DNA of 64,000 bases, taken from NCBI RefSeq assembly GCF_041886205.1, contig NZ_CP169029.1. One strand, given 5' to 3'. The translations under genes were made by a program, and so were the position numbers. The DNA comes from Escherichia coli (lineage in GTDB: Bacteria > Pseudomonadota > Gammaproteobacteria > Enterobacterales > Enterobacteriaceae). Shown piece after piece: positions 56,749-64,000 of the stretch. The notes beneath the pieces are model-generated. The model did no database searches. It was given only the letters and a program-made list of their open reading frames with translations, and was not told the origin of the DNA. The stretch's first letter is position 1. Each line of letters opens with the position of its first letter.

Positions 56749-58041
56749 TTATACGGTTTTATTGCGCTTCATGACCATTGCCACAATAAGGCTGAGTAAG
56801 AGTGAGCCAATAATCCATATCAACGCACGGCTACCCTGGGACCACAGACTGTAGATAAAGCCAACGATCACCAACAACATCACCAACGTACCAACGATAA
56901 GAATCGGCAACGAGGCGTGAATATCATGACGCAGGCGGATCGCCACCACAAACACCGCCAGGTAGCAAATCAAAAAGGTGGCGCTGGCAACGCTGGCGAG
57001 TGAGCCTAAATTCAGTGCCGCCGTCATCAGCATAATCAACACCACGACAATAATGTTGCCCCAGGTACTCTGCCGCCACAGGGATTTATTCATTAGCTTC
57101 GGCAGTTCGCGTTCGCTGCCCATGTTGTCCATGATGTTAAACACGGCGAACAGGTTCGCGTTAATGGCTGAAGCCGTCGCCAGTAAAGCGCCGATGACGA
57201 CGATCACATAACCCACATGCCCGAGCAGCGGAGAAGCAGCCTGCGCTACGGCGGTATCGGCATATTTTTCTAACTCTAATGCCGATACATCGCTAAGCAA
57301 AACCAGTGCCAGCGAGATATAAAGCAACGTGGTAACGCCAATCGCCACCAGAAACGCCCGCGGCATAATGACCTGCGGATCTTTCACTTTATCCGCCGCG
57401 TTCGCCATCATGCCAAAGCCCGCATAGGCAAGGAAAGTTATCCCAATACAGGAGAAGAACGCACCGGAGCTGGGGGGCGCAGAGACGGAAATATGCGCCG
57501 GTTGCAGCGACCAGACACCGGCAATAATCAGCAATAACAGGATCATCATTTTAATGCCGACGAGGATCACTTCCAGCCGCCCTACCGCATGGTTGCTTAA
57601 GGAGTTGAAAAGCGTCATCACCGCAATGATCCCCAACGCGTAGAGCAAAATAAGGTGCTCCTCCTGGCTGCCTTCATGCAAAAACTGCACGGCATAAGCG
57701 CCAAAAGCACGGGCGACCATGGCGATGCTCACCGCCAGCGTCAACAGGTACAGTAACGAGAGCGCCAGCGAAAAGACGCCGTTACCTAATCCGCGACGAA
57801 AGAAGTCGATAATGCCGCCATTGCTGGGATAGCTCGCCCCCAGGCGCGCATAGGCATAACCGGAAAACATCGCCACAATACCGCCAAAAGCAAAGGCGAC
57901 CCAGGTCGAGGCTTCCATTAGCAATGCAGCCTGCCCCAGCAGCGCGAAGATCCCCGCCCCCACCATTGCCCCAATGCCGATGGAAACGACGTTCCATAGA
58001 CCGAGAGGTTTGTTACCGTTATTACCTTCCGTGTTCATCAT
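56749..58041 (-). CDS. ybaT: Putative amino acid transporter YbaT (APC family)
   Basis: 430-aa 12-TM ORF directly downstream of glsA. Confidence 0.8.
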   Translation of the reverse strand: MMNTEGNNGNKPLGLWNVVSIGIGAMVGAGIFALLGQAALLMEASTWVAFAFGGIVAMFSGYAYARLGASYPSNGGIIDFFRRGLGNGVFSLALSLLYLLTLAVSIAMVARAFGAYAVQFLHEGSQEEHLILLYALGIIAVMTLFNSLSNHAVGRLEVILVGIKMMILLLLIIAGVWSLQPAHISVSAPPSSGAFFSCIGITFLAYAGFGMMANAADKVKDPQVIMPRAFLVAIGVTTLLYISLALVLLSDVSALELEKYADTAVAQAASPLLGHVGYVIVVIGALLATASAINANLFAVFNIMDNMGSERELPKLMNKSLWRQSTWGNIIVVVLIMLMTAALNLGSLASVASATFLICYLAVFVVAIRLRHDIHASLPILIVGTLVMLLVIVGFIYSLWSQGSRALIWIIGSLLLSLIVAMVMKRNKTV

Positions 58042-58043
58042 GA

Positions 58044-58976
58044 TCAGCCCTTAAACACGTTATAGCCGAGTTGCTTAGCGACCGATGCCACCATTTTTTG
58101 ACCGCGAACACTGTTGCCTTCTTCGTCCAGCGGTGGTGAGAACGCGGCAATTCCCATCACGCCAGGGACGACCGCCAGAATACCGCCACCTACACCGCTT
58201 TTGCCCGGTAAACCAACGCGATACGCCCAGTCACCGGAGCGACCATACAGCCCTTCCATCATCATTTCGGCCAGAATATACGGCACGTTGTCGGCCTGAA
58301 GAACGCGTTCATGCGTCAGCGGATTCACCCCCCCCGCCGCCAGCGTCGCGCCAAGCGTTGCTAGTTCAACAGTATTGATGAGCGTGGAGCACTGACGGGT
58401 ATACACGTCACAGGCTTCCATTGCATCACAATAGAGATATCCGGCGGAGTACAGCAGCCAGGCAATGGCCCGGTTATGGAAGTTGGTTGTTTGTTCCGAC
58501 AGGTTGACTTCGTCAGAGAGCGCTACCAGCTCACCAGCCAGTTGCTGTTGGATATGTAAAATTCGCTGCCAGCGTTGTTCGGCATTTTCAGCGTTAATCA
58601 GGCTGGTGGTGGCAATAGCGCCAGCATTTACCAGTGGCGAAAGCGGTTTGCCGCCATGCAACTCTAAGGCGATAACTGAGTTAAAGGGCAATCCGGTCGG
58701 GTCAGCGCCAATTTTGTCCTGTACCGCCTGCGGGCCGACATCTTCTAACGCGAGGGCTAACGTACAGACTTTCGAGATGGATTCCAGCGCAAAGCGGTAA
58801 TCACTGTCACCCGCACTATAGACGTTGCCATCGCTGGTCACGATAGCCACTGCTGCCAGTTGACCAGGCACATTCGCCAGAAAGGGAATGTAATCGGCAT
58901 TTTGTCCGCCGTTAAGTGAGTGAAATTGGGTGTGAGCCTGATCCACTGCCTGCTGTAATTTGTTTGCATCTAACAT
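58044..58976 (-). CDS. glsA: Glutaminase 1
   Basis: 310-aa ORF of the serine-dependent glutaminase family. Confidence 0.85.
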   Translation of the reverse strand: MLDANKLQQAVDQAHTQFHSLNGGQNADYIPFLANVPGQLAAVAIVTSDGNVYSAGDSDYRFALESISKVCTLALALEDVGPQAVQDKIGADPTGLPFNSVIALELHGGKPLSPLVNAGAIATTSLINAENAEQRWQRILHIQQQLAGELVALSDEVNLSEQTTNFHNRAIAWLLYSAGYLYCDAMEACDVYTRQCSTLINTVELATLGATLAAGGVNPLTHERVLQADNVPYILAEMMMEGLYGRSGDWAYRVGLPGKSGVGGGILAVVPGVMGIAAFSPPLDEEGNSVRGQKMVASVAKQLGYNVFKG

Positions 58977-59167
58977 CTTTTGTTAACTCCTTTTTATAGA
59001 TGCGGGAGGTAATTCCTCACCCCGGTGCCGATTTTCAGGCATCCTGATTTAACTTAGCACCCGCAACTTAACTACAGGAAAACAAAGAGATAAATGTCTA
59101 ATCCTGATGCAAATCGAGCCGATTTTTTAATCTTTACGGACTTTTACCCGCCTGGTTTATTAATTTC

Positions 59168-59198
59168 TTGACCTTCCCCTTGCTGGAAGGTTTAACCT
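59168..59198 (+). promoter_or_regulatory. copA promoter with CueR operator
   Basis: TTGACC followed by a 19-bp spacer containing the dyad ACCTTCC-N7-GGAAGGT, then a -10-like hexamer; this is the MerR-type long-spacer promoter architecture. Confidence 0.65.
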
Positions 59199-59237
59199 TT
59201 ATCACAGCCAGTCAAAACTGTCTTAAAGGAGTGTTTT

Positions 59238-61742
59238 ATGTCACAAACTATCGACCTGACCCTGGACGGCCTGTCCTGCGGTCACTGCGTTAAACGCGTG
59301 AAAGAAAGTCTTGAACAGCGTCCGGATGTTGAGCAGGCGGATGTGTCTATCACTGAAGCGCACGTTACCGGGACTGCCAGTGCAGAACAGCTGATCGAAA
59401 CCATCAAACAAGCGGGTTATGACGCATCTGTAAGCCACCCAAAGGCTAAACCGCTGGCGGAGTCATCAATCCCGTCGGAAGCACTGACAGCGGTTTCTGA
59501 GGCGCTTCCGGCAGCGACCGCCGATGACGATGACAGCCAGCAGTTGCTGCTGAGCGGCATGAGCTGCGCCAGCTGTGTCACCCGCGTACAAAATGCGTTG
59601 CAAAGCGTACCGGGCGTCACTCAGGCACGGGTAAACCTGGCGGAGCGTACTGCGCTGGTGATGGGCAGTGCCTCCCCACAAGATTTAGTGCAGGCGGTGG
59701 AAAAAGCGGGCTACGGTGCGGAAGCGATTGAAGATGACGCTAAACGCCGCGAGCGCCAGCAAGAAACCGCCGTAGCTACGATGAAGCGCTTCCGCTGGCA
59801 GGCAATTGTTGCACTGGCTGTGGGTATCCCGGTAATGGTCTGGGGGATGATCGGCGATAACATGATGGTCACCGCTGACAACCGCAGCTTGTGGTTAGTT
59901 ATCGGCCTGATAACCCTGGCAGTGATGGTTTTCGCCGGCGGCCATTTTTACCGCAGTGCATGGAAAAGCCTGCTGAACGGTGCAGCGACGATGGATACGC
60001 TGGTGGCGCTGGGAACGGGTGTGGCGTGGCTCTATTCGATGAGCGTCAACCTGTGGCCGCAGTGGTTCCCGATGGAAGCGCGGCATCTTTACTATGAAGC
60101 CAGTGCGATGATTATCGGTCTGATTAATCTCGGCCATATGCTGGAAGCGCGCGCACGTCAGCGTTCTTCTAAGGCGCTGGAGAAATTACTCGATTTAACC
60201 CCACCGACGGCGCGAGTGGTCACCGCAGAGGGTGAAAAAAGCGTGCCGCTGGCGGAAGTTCAGCCAGGGATGTTACTGCGCCTGACGACCGGCGATCGCG
60301 TGCCGGTAGATGGCGAGATTACCCAGGGCGAAGCATGGCTGGATGAAGCGATGCTGACGGGCGAACCAATCCCACAGCAAAAAGGCGAAGGCGAAAGCGT
60401 CCATGCCGGGACAGTGGTACAGGACGGCAGTGTGCTGTTTCGTGCCAGTGCGGTTGGCAGCCATACCACGCTGTCACGGATCATTCGCATGGTGCGCCAG
60501 GCCCAGAGCAGCAAGCCAGAAATCGGTCAGCTGGCGGATAAAATCTCAGCCGTATTTGTACCTGTGGTGGTGGTGATTGCGCTGGTCAGTGCGGCAATCT
60601 GGTACTTCTTTGGTCCGGCACCGCAAATTGTTTATACCCTGGTGATTGCCACCACGGTACTGATTATCGCCTGTCCGTGTGCGCTGGGGCTGGCGACGCC
60701 GATGTCGATTATTTCCGGCGTCGGGCGGGCGGCTGAGTTTGGCGTGCTGGTGCGGGACGCCGACGCGCTGCAACGCGCCAGTACACTCGATACCGTCGTG
60801 TTCGATAAAACCGGGACGCTGACCGAAGGGAAGCCGCAGGTTGTCGCAGTGAAAACGTTTGCTGATGTTGATGAAGCGCAGGCATTGCGTCTGGCGGCGG
60901 CACTGGAGCAAGGTTCCAGCCATCCGCTGGCACGGGCGATCCTCGATAAAGCAGGTGATATGCAGCTGCCGCAGGTCAACGGTTTCCGCACATTGCGCGG
61001 GCTGGGCGTGAGCGGTGAAGCTGAAGGTCATGCGTTATTGCTGGGCAATCAGGCGCTGTTAAATGAGCAACAGGTTGGTACCAAAGCTATCGAAGCGGAG
61101 ATTACTGCTCAGGCATCGCAAGGAGCAACGCCTGTGCTGCTGGCGATTGACGGGAAAGCAATAGCCCTGCTGGCTGTACGCGATCCGTTGCGTAGTGATA
61201 GCGTGGCGGCGCTGCAACGCCTGCATAAAGCGGGATATCGTCTGGTGATGTTGACCGGGGATAACCCAACCACCGCCAATGCGATCGCCAAAGAAGCCGG
61301 GATTGATGAGGTGATAGCCGGGGTGCTGCCGGACGGTAAAGCCGAAGCGATCAAACGTCTGCAAAGTGAAGGACGTCAGGTGGCAATGGTGGGCGACGGC
61401 ATTAACGATGCGCCAGCGCTGGCCCAGGCAGATGTCGGCATTGCAATGGGCGGCGGCAGTGATGTTGCCATTGAAACCGCGGCGATTACCCTGATGCGCC
61501 ATAGCCTGATGGGCGTTGCGGATGCGCTCGCTATTTCCCGCGCAACGCTGCGCAACATGAAGCAGAACCTGCTCGGCGCGTTTATCTACAACAGTATCGG
61601 TATTCCGGTCGCCGCCGGTATTTTGTGGCCGTTTACTGGAACACTGCTTAACCCGGTGGTTGCCGGAGCGGCAATGGCGCTCTCGTCGATTACCGTAGTG
61701 AGTAACGCCAACCGGTTGCTGCGGTTTAAACCGAAGGAATAA
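59238..61742 (+). CDS. copA: Cu(I)-translocating P1B-type ATPase CopA
   Basis: 834-aa ORF with two N-terminal CxxC metal-binding domains, CPC membrane motif, DKTGT phosphorylation site and GDGxND. Confidence 0.95.
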   Translation: MSQTIDLTLDGLSCGHCVKRVKESLEQRPDVEQADVSITEAHVTGTASAEQLIETIKQAGYDASVSHPKAKPLAESSIPSEALTAVSEALPAATADDDDSQQLLLSGMSCASCVTRVQNALQSVPGVTQARVNLAERTALVMGSASPQDLVQAVEKAGYGAEAIEDDAKRRERQQETAVATMKRFRWQAIVALAVGIPVMVWGMIGDNMMVTADNRSLWLVIGLITLAVMVFAGGHFYRSAWKSLLNGAATMDTLVALGTGVAWLYSMSVNLWPQWFPMEARHLYYEASAMIIGLINLGHMLEARARQRSSKALEKLLDLTPPTARVVTAEGEKSVPLAEVQPGMLLRLTTGDRVPVDGEITQGEAWLDEAMLTGEPIPQQKGEGESVHAGTVVQDGSVLFRASAVGSHTTLSRIIRMVRQAQSSKPEIGQLADKISAVFVPVVVVIALVSAAIWYFFGPAPQIVYTLVIATTVLIIACPCALGLATPMSIISGVGRAAEFGVLVRDADALQRASTLDTVVFDKTGTLTEGKPQVVAVKTFADVDEAQALRLAAALEQGSSHPLARAILDKAGDMQLPQVNGFRTLRGLGVSGEAEGHALLLGNQALLNEQQVGTKAIEAEITAQASQGATPVLLAIDGKAIALLAVRDPLRSDSVAALQRLHKAGYRLVMLTGDNPTTANAIAKEAGIDEVIAGVLPDGKAEAIKRLQSEGRQVAMVGDGINDAPALAQADVGIAMGGGSDVAIETAAITLMRHSLMGVADALAISRATLRNMKQNLLGAFIYNSIGIPVAAGILWPFTGTLLNPVVAGAAMALSSITVVSNANRLLRFKPKE

Positions 61743-61799
61743 GTACGTCATTGCGGATGCGCTGCTTTAGAGCGGCGCATTTGGCATCGACGCATGACT

Positions 61800-62035
<236 letters not shown>

Positions 62036-62057
62036 GAGATGAAGCGATGTTTTGGCC

Positions 62058-62399
62058 TTACGCGACCTTTTTTGCACGCTCTTCACGGCGTGCCAAATAT
62101 TCAGCCACTGTTTCAATCCGTCCCAATTCTTCCTGGGTGCGCATGTTGTTTTCAACTTCCCAAAGATCAACTGCCGCCTGGAGGTTTAGCCTAAAATCGA
62201 CTGTGGTATCAAAAACTTTCGCCAGACGGAATGCCATCTCAGTGGTGAGTTTACGATTGTTATTGATCAGTGCACTGACGCTATTACGATGAACATGCAG
62301 CAACTCTGCTAACTCATTGATTTTCAAATCGAGCGGTTCCAGATATTCATAGAGAAGAATATCTCCGGGTGTCGTCGGTTTTCTTGTTGCCTGTTTCAT
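62058..62399 (-). CDS. ybaQ: XRE-family HTH DNA-binding protein YbaQ (HigA-like)
   Basis: ORF 62058..62453; internal start at 62399 gives MKQATRKPTTPGDILLYEYLEPL..., about 113 aa with HTH. Confidence 0.7.
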   Translation of the reverse strand: MKQATRKPTTPGDILLYEYLEPLDLKINELAELLHVHRNSVSALINNNRKLTTEMAFRLAKVFDTTVDFRLNLQAAVDLWEVENNMRTQEELGRIETVAEYLARREERAKKVA

Positions 62400-62536
62400 G
62401 GTTTTTAACTGTTGCTTCCTTGTGAATAGCGATGCAAGAACATACTGAATCATACAAACACATTAAACAAGTCCCCAACTCCATTTGCGCCATCCCTCAC
62501 CGCGCGCTAGCATGATATTTCACAAAGGGAGGTCGT

Positions 62537-63331
62537 ATGGATCTGTTGTACCGGGTAAAAACGCTTTGGGCCGCGCTGCGCGGTAATCATTACACCTGGC
62601 CTGCCATCGATATCACCCTCCCCGGCAATCGCCATTTTCATCTGATTGGCAGTATTCATATGGGTAGCCACGATATGGCTCCCCTGCCCACCCGTTTGCT
62701 CAAAAAGCTCAAAAACGCCGATGCGCTGATCGTCGAGGCGGATGTTTCCACCAGTGATACGCCTTTTGCTAATTTGCCTGCCTGCGAGGCGCTGGAAGAG
62801 CGCATTAGCGAGGAGCAACTCCAAAACCTGCAGCACATTAGCCAGGAGATGGGCATTTCTCCCTCGCTCTTTTCTACCCAACCGCTGTGGCAAATCGCGA
62901 TGGTTCTTCAGGCGACGCAGGCACAAAAACTGGGGCTGCGGGCAGAATACGGTATCGATTACCAGCTATTGCAGGCGGCGAAGCAACAACATAAACCCGT
63001 GATTGAACTGGAAGGGGCTGAAAACCAGATTGCCATGTTGCTCCAGCTCCCTGACAAAGGACTGGCGCTGCTGGACGATACGCTGACCCACTGGCATACC
63101 AACGCACGGTTGCTGCAACAAATGATGAGCTGGTGGCTGAATGCACCGCCGCAAAATAATGATATAACGCTGCCCAATACGTTCAGTCAGTCGCTGTACG
63201 ATGTGCTGATGCATCAGCGAAATCTCGCCTGGCGGGATAAATTACGCGCCATGCCGCCGGGGCGATATGTGGTCGCGGTCGGTGCACTACACCTGTATGG
63301 AGAAGGGAATTTGCCGCAAATGTTGCGCTAA
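62537..63331 (+). CDS. ybaP: TraB/GumN-family protein YbaP
   Basis: 264-aa ORF. Confidence 0.75.
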   Translation: MDLLYRVKTLWAALRGNHYTWPAIDITLPGNRHFHLIGSIHMGSHDMAPLPTRLLKKLKNADALIVEADVSTSDTPFANLPACEALEERISEEQLQNLQHISQEMGISPSLFSTQPLWQIAMVLQATQAQKLGLRAEYGIDYQLLQAAKQQHKPVIELEGAENQIAMLLQLPDKGLALLDDTLTHWHTNARLLQQMMSWWLNAPPQNNDITLPNTFSQSLYDVLMHQRNLAWRDKLRAMPPGRYVVAVGALHLYGEGNLPQMLR

Positions 63332-63533
63332 AAAAATGGCCAATATCGCTATTGGCCCGTCAAAGAGGAATTTCATTTTTTTATTATTATGCCGTCACTT
63401 TAAGCGACGGTGTAACTCGATTGTCGCTCAATCTCACCATCCTGCCAATACTCTTAGGCAAGATGACTCTTTTTTTGGACCGCCATCAGGCGTATGCTTG
63501 CTTCGTTTTTTTGTTTAAGGCAGGAAAATTACC

Positions 63534-64000
63534 ATGACACCCGCAGTTAAATTACTCGAAAAAAACAAGATTTCGTTTCAAATCCATACCTACGAGCACG
63601 ATCCGGCTGAAATCAATTTTGGCGATGAAGTCGTCAAAAAATTAGGTTTGAATCCGGATCAGGTCTACAAAACGCTGCTGGTGGCAGTGAACGGTGATAT
63701 GAAACACCTTGCCGTGGCCGTTACGCCGGTCGCAGGTCAACTGGATCTTAAAAAAGTAGCAAAAGCGCTGGGTGCCAAGAAAGTTGAGATGGCCGATCCG
63801 ATGGTCGCGCAGCGTTCGACGGGATACCTGGTTGGAGGGATTAGCCCACTGGGGCAGAAAAAACGTCTGCCAACGATTATCGACGCCCCCGCACAAGAAT
63901 TTGCCACTATTTATGTTTCCGGCGGCAAGCGCGGACTGGATATCGAACTGGCGGCAGGCGATCTGGCAAAGATCCTCGATGCCAAATTTGCTGATATCGC
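63534..64000 (+). CDS. ybaK: Cys-tRNA(Pro)/Cys-tRNA(Cys) deacylase YbaK (3'-truncated by window end)
   Basis: ATG at 63534 with upstream AGGAAAA; product [24 protein letters not shown]... runs to the window edge. Confidence 0.8.
   Translation, partial: MTPAVKLLEKNKISFQIHTYEHDPAEINFGDEVVKKLGLNPDQVYKTLLVAVNGDMKHLAVAVTPVAGQLDLKKVAKALGAKKVEMADPMVAQRSTGYLVGGISPLGQKKRLPTIIDAPAQEFATIYVSGGKRGLDIELAAGDLAKILDAKFADI

Overview
This window reads as an Escherichia coli K-12-like chromosomal segment with one unannotated module that stands out: a candidate DinQ/ZorO-like type I toxin-antitoxin cassette in the selU-ybbP intergenic region. All gene identities come from reading the translated ORFs against remembered protein families; no database search was run. 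Gene order, left to right: cusB-cusF-cusC (minus) and cusR-cusS (plus); a frameshifted nfrB and nfrA; ybcH; envY; tRNA-Arg argU; fimZ; the sfmFHDCA fimbrial operon; folD, ybcJ, ybcI, cysS, ppiB, lpxH, purEK; the allantoin/glyoxylate cluster (ybcF, ylbF, ylbE, fdrA, allDCE, glxK, ybbY, allB, ybbW, glxR, hyi, gcl, allR, allA, allS); selU; ybbP-ybbA, tesA, ybbO, cnoX, fetBA, qmcA-ybbJ, cueR, ybaT-glsA, copA, ybaQ, ybaP and the start of ybaK. Three differences from the K-12 layout as I remember it are worth attention: no prophage at argU (envY sits 45 bp from the tRNA), no Rhs element between selU and ybbP, and nfrB split by a frameshift. The toxin ORF is only 27 codons, so it is absent from the supplied ORF track. 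Many long antisense ORFs in the track are artefacts of GC-rich coding sequence and are not called.
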